A stretch of DNA of 63,981 bases, counting the filler, from Octopus bimaculoides (taxonomy: Eukaryota), in assembly GCF_001194135.2 (NCBI RefSeq). It is 6 parts of 6 records of this genome, joined end to end, with 100 filler letters (N's around TTAATTAATTAA, not from the genome) between each part and the next. Parts side by side here need not be neighbours in the genome. Positions count along the whole stretch, not along the records: positions 1 to 27,131 come from NC_068982.1; 5 more parts are not named here. The stretch is one strand, 5' to 3'. Shown here piece after piece: positions 13,490 to 26,340 of the stretch. Position 1 is the stretch's first letter, and the number at the start of each line of letters is the position of its first letter. Made by a program: the position numbers and the translations under genes. The notes under the pieces are model-generated. The model saw only the letters and a list, made by a program, of their open reading frames with translations. It had not been told where the DNA came from and searched no databases.

Positions 13490-13688
13490 AAATTCTTCCT
13501 ATTATAGGCACAAAGCCTGAAATCTTTGAAAGAAGGGGGCTAGTTGATTACATTACTCCTCCTGCTTAACTGAAAGGAAGAAATACAAAGTGGATCTTGG
13601 CAGGATTTGAACTCAGAATGTAGAGACAGAAGAAATACTACAAAGTGTTTTGTCCGGCACACTTATGATTCCGTCAGCTCTCTACCTT
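13490..13688 (-). mobile_element. Family B SINE
   Basis: GGATTTGAACTCAGAATG...GTCAGCTC, reverse complement of the family B head. Confidence 0.7.
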
Positions 13689-15655
13689 AGACAAGGATTA
13701 GTTACAAACAAAAGCAACAAAGAACCAAAGTGAGATCTCTCAAAAAATAAAATCACTAAAATCACAAAATAGATGAAAAGGGTTAATTCTACAGCCTAAA
13801 AAGTAGATACGTAAGAGGGAAAATATCTATGATGGATTAGTTATGCAAAACTGATCAAGCAGACTAGGTTCTACCAAAGTTCAAAATAAACAGCAAAGTA
13901 TTGCATTCATTTGCTCCTTAAAAGGATTGACAGCTTTATGAGTACTTGCACAGACTTACTAATAAAGTACTGTCAGTCAGTGAAAGATATAAGCCAATAC
14001 TTAGTTATATTTCCTTCACTGAGAAAAATAGTTCAAACATTCAACAATGTATGAAGGTAGAAGTTATCTGGCAGAAACTCATAGACTTCCTAAGAATACA
14101 TCTATGAAAATCTTGGAAATCAGCCAAGACAGCAGCATATACAATTCTTCTATACCTGTGGCATCATATAACAAGTGCCAGAAAAACTAATCTCTTCTAT
14201 ACAGTTATGTAAACTCTGCAGACAAACTGCTTAGGAATACATTGAAAGCAAATAAGCACAAGTACCCCAAAACCCCTGTTGGTATGAGATGTTTACGTTT
14301 TTTGAAAGAAAGTAAAAAGAAGAGTCACTATATACATTTGACATAATACTATGCTTAGGACAGCATGCATTAAAATGAACTATCAATACAATACTTTATT
14401 CACTACTTCACATATTCCAGAGAATATAACAATAATAATAGTGAGGGGGGGGGGGGTCACACTAGACTAACTCATTTAGAACATTAAAAACTATGCATCT
14501 CAGAGACTTGTTAACACAATTAATGAGAAGAAAGGGAGCAAGAAAATTGCTATATTTAATGACAAAACCTTTATATTTCATGTTAAATGGAGTTGACAAT
14601 GTCGTGATGCAATATGCTGAATTGTGGGCCATAAGGTCATCGAGTTCCAAGACCATAAATTCAGAGACATAAACTTGGTACAAAAGACTGCCCAATATTT
14701 TCAGTTCCCAATCCTAATCGAGATTTATTGATTAGTAGCAGAAAGAAAACTCATAACAATGTTATAGCTATATGCAAATTTTCATATTTGCATAAGCCTA
14801 CTCTTACAAGATTGCAACTCATGTGTGGGTGTATGTATCTAAGTTGAACATTTGAAAGGATTTTTAATATCAATGGACTTTTCTTTCCTTGTGTCTCATT
14901 TTAATCTTGCTAGCTCAGTAAGATTCTCTTCAAAATACATGGACGCTCTGAGAGTATCTTTTTCTATAATTTGTGCTATCAATACTGACACTCTGTAAAG
15001 TGGTTGGCATTAGAAGGGCATCCAGCCATAGAAACCATACCACAACAGACAACTGGAGTCTGGAATTACCATGCCTTCATAAGGGAACGAAAGGGCCACG
15101 TGCACATGCAAGAAATAACAGTAAACTATGAATGTCATTCTTAATTTTAATTTCAATTTTATTTTTATTAATAGCTCTCTTCTCTTCTCACATATTTTAT
15201 ACTCATTTTTGATAAGGTTTTTCAAAAAAACCGAAGCATGTAATGTAAATTAATTAAAACACCCAAAAAAATATTTTTAAAAAGTGGCATTTTNNNNNNN
15301 NNNNNNNNNNNNNNNNNNNNNNNNNNNNNNNNNNNNNNNNNNNNNNNNNNNNNNNNNNNNNNNNNNNNNNNNNNNNNNNNNNNNNNNNNNNNNNNNNNNN
15401 NNNNNNNNNNNNNNNNNNNNNNNNNNNNNNNNNNNNNNNNNNNNNNNNNNNNNNNNNNNNNNNNNNNNNNNNNNNNNNNNNNNNNNNNNNNNNNNNNNNN
15501 NNNNNNNNNNNNNNNNNNNNNNNNNNNNNNNNNNNNNNNNNNNNNNNNNNNNNNNNNNNNNNNNNNNNNNNNNNNNNNNNNNNNNNNNNNNNNNNNNNNN
15601 NNNNNNNNNNNNNNNNNNNNNNNNNNNNNNNNNNNNNNNNNNNNNNNNNNNNNNN

Positions 15656-15722
<67 letters not shown>

Positions 15723-16484
15723 TATGATATGGCATTCTTTCAACACAGCCATGTTTTTCTATGCACATGTACACAATTACTCCAAAGGCCCTCTATGAAT
15801 ATCACTGATAAACAACAAGGCTTTCAGCTAACAACAGCAGTATGTTATAAAATGATAGTTACCATTTCCCCACAAAAATAAATAAATAATAAACAAAAGA
15901 TATCAATGTATGTATGTGAAAATTTAGAAGTCCTACTGTTACCTAGATTGTCATATTCATAACATGTTTATATTGGGATGCAAAACCTTCAATTTAATTT
16001 GAACCAAGCAAACATGGATGATTCAGAAGGAAAAAATATAACAAAAGAACAATTACGGAAAGATAATGTTAAGATCAAGATTTGGTTTTTACTAATTAAA
16101 CTCATTTTAATTTTTAAAAAAATGAGGGACAAATCATTAGATATAAACAGTTTTCTAGTTTCCACAAAATGAGAAATAGAAAAATCTATAATTTATCTCC
16201 TGAAGTCAAAAACAGTCAATTCTGTTCTTAAGCCAATGATTCGAAAATCATTCTCCAATCCTATCAATCAATAAGCACTGTTTTCCAAAGCACAGATGGT
16301 CCAGCAGAGGTTTCCAGAAAAGTTTTTATGCTACTGTGATTTATATCTTGTTTTCCACATGCTCCCAGATGAGGTTCAGACTGTAGCATGGCTGTGTCCT
16401 ACTTAAGCGTCTTCTACTACAGTCTCAAGTCAACCAATGCCTTGTGAATGAATTTGGTAGATGGAAGCCTAGATTGAAGTTGTC

Positions 16485-16515
<31 letters not shown>

Positions 16516-16528
16516 TTATATATATAAA

Positions 16529-17195
16529 TATTGATTCATCTCGTAAATAATGCAGTTTTTTTAATACTTTTTTATTTTTCAAAATTAAGATTAAGTTCTT
16601 TTTCATCTAAAATATGCTCTCCTACATTTTCTACAATGCTTTTCCATCTATCTGCTAGAATTGCAAGGCTCTGCCCCTTCCAAAATTCACTTGTCCATGA
16701 CAAAAAATACACCTCCAGTACTGTTATAACCTCGTCTACTGAATTCATATTTTTTTCCGTCCAAATGATTTTGAAGACTGCAGAATAAATGATAATCAGT
16801 TAGGGCAATGTCTGGCAAAAATGGTGAGTGGGACATCATTTCCCATTCAAACTGCTCTAGCCTTTGGAATGTCATCCTCATTGTATGTGATCCAACATTA
16901 TCCTGATGGAAGAACACCTCGCGTCTTGAAACCAAAGATGGTTGTTTTTCTTCTAGCACTGACTTAAGCCACTCAAGCTGCTCACAGTAGATCTCCTTTG
17001 TTATCATTTGGTTTGGGCTTAAAAGTTCAAAGTGAACTAAACCTTTCATATCCCACCAAACAGATAACAACACCTTACGTGGGTGAAGGCCTTCTTTAGC
17101 CTGGGGTGCCGGTGTTTCTCCCCTTTCTCTACCCATTGTCTTTGGCGCTTGACATTTTTATAGAGAACCCATTTCTAGTCACCAGTCACACAAAA
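16529..17195 (-). pseudogene. 5'-truncated mariner (DD34D) transposase remnant with one terminal repeat
   Basis: Translation gives VTGD*KWVLYKNVKRQRQW, then after a frameshift GETPAPQAKEGLHPRKVLLSVWWD...FHQDNVGSH...HSPFLPDIALTDYHLFCSLQNHL. These are the mariner motifs TGDEKW, HDNA and SPDLAPSDYHLF. A TA plus TIR-like sequence lies at 16529-16560. Confidence 0.92.
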
Positions 17196-17904
17196 TTTAT
17201 TCTTTATATACACAATGTGTGGAAGGCTGAAATTGGACAAAATTACATTGATTTGTTCCATAAAAGTAGTGAGATATTGTATTGCTTTATATTAAGTGCT
17301 AGACAGAATTTAAGGAATTGACCATTCTCAATATAAGCAAATAAGAAGTAAAATAGATAAAGTAAAAAAATAACATTAAAAAAGTATATAAAAAATAAGC
17401 TAATAATATAAATGAATTTTTAGCCAAAGTAATTATATAGACGAGGGAATGGAACAGCTGGTGATTTGAAGATTCCAGAGAAATCATGGATGAGTAGGAC
17501 ATCAAATAAAAGCAAGAAATAATATTCAACAACTGTAAACTTCTATATGGGATTAACAAAGCCACAAAAACATCACAGAAAGAATTTGAACTTTCAAGAA
17601 TTTTATTCACACGTCACCTACACCTCAATATACTTTCCAGCACAATGAAGTAGAGTAAAACAAAACACATACACACACACATAGCACAATTACAAAAGCA
17701 TATATACATATATATATAAGTATAAACACACACGTACGTACACTCACTCATATAAACATGTACACACACATATATTGAGAGAGAGAGAGAGTAGGAGAGA
17801 CAAAAACTATATGTACAAAATATGCATATAATATACATGTGTGTGTGTGTGTGTGTATATATATATACACACACACACATACACGACATACTTCTTTTAG
17901 TTTC

Positions 17905-18112
17905 TTATTTCTTTACTGCCCACAAGGGGCTAAACTTAGAGGGGACAAACAAGGGATTAAGTCGATTACATCGACCCCAGTGTGTAACTGGTACTTAATT
18001 TATCGCCCCCGAAAGGATGAAAGGCAAAGTCGACCTCGGTGGAATTGGAACTCAGAACGTAACGGCTAAGCATTTCGCCCGGCGTGCTAACGTTTCAGCC
18101 AGCTTGCCGCCT
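17905..18112 (-). mobile_element. Young family B SINE abutting a family A head (18112-18235)
   Basis: CpGs are largely intact; it is followed directly by CTTCTTTTAGTTTC...GACACTTGCC. Confidence 0.85.
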
Positions 18113-20141
18113 TCTTTTAGTTTCTGCTGACCAAATCCACACAGAAGTGTGGCCTAGGGCTATAGTAAAAGACACTTGCCATAAGATCAGTGGTCAGGAA
18201 ATAAGTTTCTTAACCACAAAGCCATACCTGTACCTAAACCATAAAAATATAAATTAAAAAGAAGAAAAAAGCTTAATGAGAAAATTTGTAGCCATTTCCA
18301 TTTCACTGTCCACTATAACAAGCAACAAAAAAAACCCAACCACCAATATATTAAGGTGAAGTAACAGGCTTGTATTAAGCATTTGGGTTGAAAATTTGAT
18401 TTATTTCTGACCACTGATTTCTATAATAATTAATTGGTCAGAGGGTGGGGTGGCCTGAACAAAGCTTATAAACCCAATGGTAGAAAACACATTCTCTTTC
18501 CATTTTGCTCTATCTGTTGCGTAGTTATATATTCTACTTGTAATAAATACTGATTAAAAATACAATGTGCATCAAAACAAACATTTCAGGTGTTTTATTG
18601 ACATTTTCATGATTCTCTACAGTGTCTACTTTTTAATATCATTATTATTATTATCATTATTATTTCTAGTGGCAAATAAATGAAATCATTATTATTATTA
18701 TTATTATTATTATTACTGCTACTACTGTTACTCTATATTTCCTTTCATGGACTATTGGTCAGCATTTATCCCCAGTTTCCATGGTTTTATGACAAGAGAC
18801 AAACCACTATATTATTACAAGCAACTTATTGAATCAGTTGTGGTTTGTGTAATATTTGGCATCTAATATTTTATTATTTTTGGGTTTCTTTTTGTTGGTT
18901 TTTTTTATTTATTATTTTGTATAAACATTTTGAAATGTATAGTTATCATTAAAAACAAATATTTTTTTCTAGATGACTTGACATGGAATGACCCATATGT
19001 TATGGAATGGAATAGATTTACTTGAATCTTAAAACAAAAAAGTTACATTTAATAATTAATGCAAATCTAAATCATTATGCAAATACTGATATGCTACAAT
19101 AAAATCAATAAAATCAAAAATCTATTGTTAGAGAAGGAAGTATAGGTAAATATTAAAACAGACAAAGAAAAAGAAAACTGTGAGAAATAACTGGGATTTC
19201 AAAAAGGTCCATAAAGTAACTAATGCTACACTCTGCTTATAAAACTTCTCAGACAAACATTTGCTACAAGTTCCCTAAAGCAGAATGCATGAAAATAGAA
19301 AGAGGCAGTTGTGTGCTTGTATTTATTTAAACATTGCTAAGCATTTCTGTAGATCCTCGATATTTTAGGAGCTTTTTTCTTTTCCATATGCTTTTTTCAA
19401 CTGGATGTAGTTCCAACTCTAAAAATGTAGCCACAACCAGCCATAACTTAGCTTGCCAGAAATAGCACCCAAATCGTTCTCAAATCAGTAACGGGCTTGC
19501 AGAATCAATGGAACATCAGAAAAATTGCTTTGCAATATATGTCCCAGTTCTTTACATTCTGCGTTCAAATCCAACCGAAATCAACTTCGCCTTTCATTCT
19601 TTCAGAAGATGCAAAATAAAATGCCAGTTAAGTACAGGGGTAAATGGTATCAACAAATTCCCAACCCTCATATTTTTACGTTAAGAGATTATGGGCCATC
19701 ATCAAGTGTTCCAAATCTTATTTCTGCCCAATGACTGCATTGCAGCATTACCGTTGGGGTCAATTTGCTTAGCTGAAAAATAAATGAACCTGCTATTTCT
19801 TTAAGGTTATATCATCATTTAATTTTTTTGTGTTCCTAAATTTCTGTTGAAACAGACTATCTTTCTTCAATTAATTTTAAAAATAATGATGTATTTAGTA
19901 AAATAACTATAATAATTAATTTGGTGTTTGAAACAGAATTTAACAAGACATTTTGATGTAACAATTTAGGTAAGACTATAGCAAGAGATTTGTATCGTAG
20001 AACCGAGAGGGGTCTTGGGCAGGTATCAAAAGAGTTAAACTCGAGCCAACTCTCATCAAGCAATTACGAATGATCAAAGCCATTCTTACTGACTCAGGGT
20101 TATTTATTTAGGATTAGATTGTCAAATAAGGCCTTGTTTAA

Positions 20142-20333
20142 ACCTTTAGCAATCAGATTGTTGTCAAACATAATGCTTATTTATTCACAAAGTTTTGAAT
20201 CAATCATGCATTATCTTATAGATTCAAAGTTTTCAATGATGTGATTATTTATTTTTAGAATGACATTGTAGAGTAGGTGTGAGAGACCGGCTCTGGCTGG
20301 TTTGAGTACAAAACAGGTAAAATATTTGGGCTG
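20142..20333. mobile_element. TTAA/piggyBac-type MITE, partial copy
   Basis: Collinear with 26121-26340. Confidence 0.65.
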
Positions 20334-21079
20334 TTAAACATGATTTGGCTGCTATTTCAGGTAGGTTGATCCAATTTGGACTGAGGTTCTGAGTGTTTAA
20401 AACAAAAGGAAAAAAAAAAAACTTCTAAAACATTCAAGAATTATCTTACTCCTGCTGGTATGGACAAATTAGCATAAAACAGTAAATATTTGTTGAGTTA
20501 TTGAACTGATTAAAAACCTTCGGTATTAAAACAAATATTTAACATGGTTTCAACTTCAAGGAGGTTTCTAAGTTTGTTTTCCTTCTCTCTGCACTTAGAT
20601 ACTTTCGATTTGAATTAATAAACTCTTTAAAAAAGAATGCATGCACACATGCATGAACATAAACTGTTTAGTCATATATATATATATATATATATATTAT
20701 TTTTATCTTAGCAAGATTTTACAAAGTTCAATTGTGCTTGAACATACCACCTGATGTAGCAAGTGCAACAATGTCTATTTCATGTTATTTTACTTTCATT
20801 TATGCATTTATTTATTTCAAAACACTAAATTTCATGTGGAATTTAGGAGTGTGAGAGAGAGAGAGGGAGAGGGGGATAACAGAGGCCACGAGCATGAGCA
20901 TGTGAGCATGGGTGTGCTTACTCTTGTGTGTGCATGTGTAAGTGCTGCACATTGCAGGCACAGTAAATTGTGAACCGAGACAAAATCCGAAAACATCAAC
21001 AGCTCTCTTTTAAAAGTCATCTATAGTAAACAACAATGAAATAAGAAATGCCTAGAATATTCTCAAAAGTGAGACACGT

Positions 21080-21470
21080 CATCATCATCATCATTATCAT
21101 CACTGTCATTAATTTAATGTCTACTTTTACATGCTTGCATGGGTCAGACGAAATTTGATGAAGTAGATTTGCTATGGCCAGTTGCCCTCTCTGTTACTTG
21201 TTTATTTCCACTAATTTGTACATTTTTCAGATTGTAAAGAAATGACACCATTTTATAAATGACATGTTTACAATTAGCACAAGATATCAAGACACGTGCA
21301 CACACACATTATATATCAACATAACTCATTTCCATCTTCCAGATTCACACACAAGGTTTTGATCAGCCTGAATCTACAGCAGAAGACATTTATCCAAGAC
21401 ACACACAGTGGAACTGAACCCAAAACCATGTGATTACAAAGTGAACTTTTTAACTACACAGTCATACCAA
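21080..21470 (-). mobile_element. Family A SINE with RTE-type tail
   Basis: (CAT)n...TGCTTGCATGGGTCAGACG tail plus head GGAACTGAACCCAAAACCATG. Confidence 0.7.
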
Positions 21471-21506
21471 CCTCTTACATGTTAAAAAAAATAAGAACTG
21501 GTATGC

Positions 21507-21767
21507 CAGGTCGTGTAACTTCGTTTTGACTCTGACTCCTCTATTATTGGCACCTCCAACTTCGACTCTTTGTTATTGATTGTGTAATTGATTGTGGTCT
21601 ACATATCTCATAAAGCATATGCACATGCTTGTACTTTGAGTAGGCCTATATGTTATAACTGGTTTATATTAAAGAATAAAGATATTGTGAGTCGGAATCG
21701 GTAAAACTATATCGACTCCGACTCCAGCTACCCCTTAATTGTTTCCAACTCTGACTCCACAGCCCTG
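21507..21767. mobile_element. MITE with GACTCC subterminal repeats (CAGGGCTGTGGAGTC-type end, possibly hAT)
   Basis: Right end CCGACTCCGACTCC...CTGACTCCACAGCCCTG. The left end is degenerate and I found no TSD. Confidence 0.5.
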
Positions 21768-23089
21768 ATATTTTTGATACTAATTATAGTAAATGACTTT
21801 CCTTTTTCTTACATTTGTAAACAAGAAATCTTTAAGGACAACTGAAGAGATCCAAGTACGTACCTGGCACTTATTTCATCAACCTTAGTTAACTTGTGAT
21901 ACCAATCACGCCTGACATGATACTTAAATTAGAACCCTCATTCATAATTTTATCTAAGATGCTTTCATTATGTTCCATATATCATCTCAGTAATGAGAAA
22001 GTAATCAGTTGTATACTAAATCCTTCTAAATTCTTGATTATTTTCAAAATATACTGATATATATGGTAACAAAAGGGTTATGGAAGGGGTGAAAGATAAA
22101 GCTCACATGAACAGTTGAACAGAGAGGGATGAAATTAAATACTGCTAAGTATTTAGTTTCTCTCAGTCTACTGACTTTTACTAATTGCAATAGTAACGAC
22201 TGATTTAGTTAAAAGCATACTTAAGTATTCCACTTAACATTTAGCCAACAGCATTATAACAGTCATCTTCTTAGAAAAATTTGTCCATTTTCCAAAGGTA
22301 GCAAAGGTTACCTGCTAAATCTCTAAACTTGTAATTCCGTTTCATGAATTGGTTTTAAATATTAAGTAATACACGTCACCAGAGACTTTTGGTACTATTA
22401 AGAAAGCCTACAACATGGTAGATTTGTATGAGAATCCATTCAGTCTCATATCAAAACCAAAATAACTACATACATCAAAGGACCACTCTATAAACAATTT
22501 TCTTCATTATTCCAAAAGGTAACATAGCATCAGATAGCTTAGCAATTCTCTGATGGGAATGCTTGTAATGTGATGGAAAATTTTAATGATAGCTGTATCT
22601 CAAGAGAAGATTAATATTCAGCCATAGTAGCCTTGGTCAATTTAAGTAATAGTTTGCTGGAAGTAAAAATCTCTAATAGAAGCATTAGTATTAAATGTCC
22701 ATAGAGGCAGTTAGTAGCAAGCAAAGACCACATTCTAGTTACAATTCCCATTTGTAAACCATTTTAACTCCTATTGTTAACTCATGAAAAAGACGAAGTA
22801 TGAATACCACACTATTTCATTTATGTTTGTTTCTCTACAAACCAGAAACGGTGCCCCTTTGTAAGGAATTAAAACTAAAAACAGTAGAAATACTAAGAAA
22901 ATACATTCATGTCAAAAGTATTAATATTCCATCTTTTAGCTCAAAATATTTTTAATATAGCTCTTTGAATTTAGATACAAGTTAAAATGTTAACAATTAA
23001 AGAAACTCATAAAACAAATACTAGACAAAGATTACTATATTACTAAATTTGGAATACTGAATTTAGAGATACAGTATTATAGAATAGGA

Positions 23090-23250
23090 ACAGGCATGTT
23101 TGTGTGGTTAAGAAGTTCACTTCCCAATCACATGGTTTCAGACTCAGTCCAACTCTGTGGCACCTTGGGCAAGTGTCTGCTACCATAGCCCCCAGGCCAG
23201 CTGAAGCAGTCTGAGTGGATTTGATAAAGAAAAACTGAAAAAGAAACTAT
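23090..23250 (+). mobile_element. Family A SINE head
   Basis: GTGTGGTTAAGAAG...GGCACCTTGGGCAAGTGTC. Confidence 0.75.
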
Positions 23251-24140
23251 CATGTGTATGCTTGTGCTTGTGTGTGTGTGTGTGTGTGACCACGCATACA
23301 TGCACATGTGTGCCACTCACAGGCATTTCTCCTGTCAATAAACTGACCACTCACTTCATGCCTTCAAAGCTGTGTAGAACATGAGATCCCTTACTAGACA
23401 AACATGTAAAGGTTAGTATCAAGAAGAGCAGTGGCTCTAAAACAATACCTCAATAATAATAATGGAAAATGGACATGAAACAAGCAAATACGGATTTCAT
23501 AGTCTATGCATTTCAGTAACCATAGAGTGTATGAAGTTAGAAACTTAGGAATTGTTTATAATGCTATACATGTACAAATAAAAGTTCAGTAACCTTACCA
23601 ATCCATAAAATAAAAGTCTAAAAATCAACCCATGTTACATTATAAATGGTCCCCAAAATAAGAAAATAATTTGCCATGAGGGAACAAGAGAGAGATCTGG
23701 CATTTTTGACATGGACTCCATCAGAACATCAGACTACCCTTTCTCACAGCAAACTAATTTATCTTACTTCCTTAACAACCATCATTATTTTCTTTGGATT
23801 CTACAGGATTTATTTTTATATTACAACTGCTTTGATGCTGTATTTATGAGTGCTTTCCAGGTTATATGCACCAATAAAGCAATGTTGCTACATCTTTATA
23901 TCTTTATACTGTTACTATAGTGTAAGAGATGTGACCATGAAAATAAAGGTAAATATCTCAAGACAAAATGATTTCATTAAAGGCCGAGTTACAAATTACA
24001 ACCAATATGTTCATCTAATTCATTTACAAAATATATACTAAATATTTTATATTATACTCAAATATGAAGTCTTAAGTACTATTACGAAGTAACATATCTC
24101 GAAAAATATTTCAAGAACAACCATAGCACTTCAATTTTAA

Positions 24141-24355
24141 CCCTTCACCATTCAGATGACTGTGAAATGTAATACTTAAAAATTTTCACATTGGTTGGAA
24201 TTAACCATGTATTATTTCTTGATTTCAAAATTTTGATGATGTGATTATTTTTAGAATGACATAGTAGATAGGTGTGAAAAGCAGGATCTGACCTGTTTGA
24301 ACATAAAACAGGTCAAATATTTGGGTCTGATACAGCCAGTTTAAATGCTAAAGGG
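24141..24355. mobile_element. TTAA/piggyBac-type MITE, complete
   Basis: TTAA|CCCTTCACCATT ... AATGCTAAAGGG|TTAA. Confidence 0.8.
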
Positions 24356-24973
24356 TTAAATGCAAGATACTGGAAGAAGGTACCTAGGAATTATATTATT
24401 TTGGCTAAAATAAATGCAAGGGACAGTAAGTTAGTAAGAGTTGCCTTTTCAATATATGAACTATAATGCAGATTTCTGAAAGGCTACAAGACTGATACCA
24501 TCTTTAAACAGCCATTCTATCACATGTTCTAACAATTCTGTCGTATATCTTAGTATAAGGAGGATAATTATTAATCACAAAGCTTGTGCAATTGTATAAC
24601 ATATACAGAATGGTTTTTTGTCATTTTTTTTGGAGGTGTGGGGGCAGAAACCTTCAAATAAGTTTAATATACATAATAGTAATTATACCATAAAAAGAAA
24701 AATGAACAGTAATGTTGGCTCAGTATTGCTGATTTAATATAAGTATACTGTAGCAAACATGAACTCAAGTCTAGAATACATTTAAGTACATTTCAAAGTA
24801 CCACAATCAACCAATACATTTAGAGTTAATCATATAATATGAATTTTCATTTTTGCTTTCCTGCTTTTTTAATTTTTTTTTTTTTTTTTGTAAATTTCAT
24901 GTTATGTTGTTCTTCATTGCCTAACAGTAAGCAATCATATTTTTTTAAAATAAAAACAATAAGCTCTCTTTCT

Positions 24974-25033
<60 letters not shown>

Positions 25034-26120
25034 TCATCAACATCTCAAATATGCCTTCGGCTATAATGTTTTGTTTTGAAACCTATTTTGGGCAGACGAC
25101 AATGTCCTACATCTCATTCTTTTTATAAGACAAACACTGAGAAAGTTTTCATAAGCAACGATAAATGATGGAGTCCAAATTTGAATAAATCCACCACTTG
25201 GTTTTGATAAGTTACAAATAAGCAGATCTATGTGGCTATGCCACCAGCATTTTCTTTATTAGACATTAGAAAAGGGAAACAAAAACCATTCTTTTTTGCA
25301 ATGTCTGAACATGTCTCTCAAGAACTGGTTAATAAGAGGAATCATATGTACAGAAAAACAACTATGGCATCATATAATAATTAAGGACTGATAAATTGCA
25401 AAAAATAAGATTTGAAAGCAATATTAATATAGACAGAGCCTTAGTTACCTAGGTTACATAAAGTTACCTAGCAAATTATTAAAGAAGCAGCTTGTTAAAA
25501 ACCCCTCTTCTTTTAAACTTCAAATTAAAACTGAATAGTTTTTATAAGCTGAATCTGAAGTAGAGGGATTCTGACATTTAAATGCAAACTAATTGAAATT
25601 CATCATCGAAGCATCGTTAGCAAGGAACATGTTAAAGTATTTCAGCTGTAATTGAAAACAATATTTAACATGCAAAAGAAACAGGTTTATTTATATGAAA
25701 CCCTATCAAAAAGGAAAATAAAAACAAGTTATTTTGATTGATGTTCATTGGTTCTTGAGAATAAAAATTGTTACAATATGCGATCGGCATATACTAACTA
25801 CCAAGACGGAACTGCTATATGAATGAATTATCAAGATTAATTGGTTAGATGTGAAAACAGTTTCTTTGTAGTGAACACTAGAATGAATAATGAGGAAACT
25901 TTGTGATGATATTAACTTTTACTTTTAAGACAGTCTCAACTACCTAGCATTAAAGTTAGTTACAATTAAAAAGATTATCTCAGAGTTTTTTTTTCTTTAT
26001 TTTTTTTTTTTTTCTTTCACATCCATAACTATTCTCACTGCCAATTAAATTGCCCCCTTTTGAAGCCTTGCTAAAACCCAATCATTAAACAAAAATATAT
26101 TCTCTAAAATCTAGATTTAA

Positions 26121-26340
26121 CCCTTTAGCATTCAGATTATTCTGTTAAATGTTATGCTTATTAATTCAAATCGTTTTGAATTAATCAGGACTTGTTCTGT
26201 AGTTTCAAGGTTTTGATGATATGATAGTTAATATTTAGACTGATATTGTAGGGTAGGCATGAAGGGCCAGATCTGGTCACTTTAAACATAAAGCAGGTAA
26301 AATATGTTCGCTGGATTTGGCCAGATAAAATGCTAAAGGG
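26121..26340. mobile_element. TTAA/piggyBac-type MITE, complete
   Basis: TTAA TSD on both sides; perfect 12-bp TIR CCCTTTAGCATT/AATGCTAAAGGG. Confidence 0.88.

Noticed and set aside
14462-14695. 77-aa minus-strand ORF in unique sequence
   Set aside because: No motif or splice support; within chance expectation.
20450-22345. Two-exon 49-aa peptide MKRNYKFRDLA|EFINSNRKYLSAERRK...
   Set aside because: Phases fit, but the acceptor is weak and I recognise no homology.
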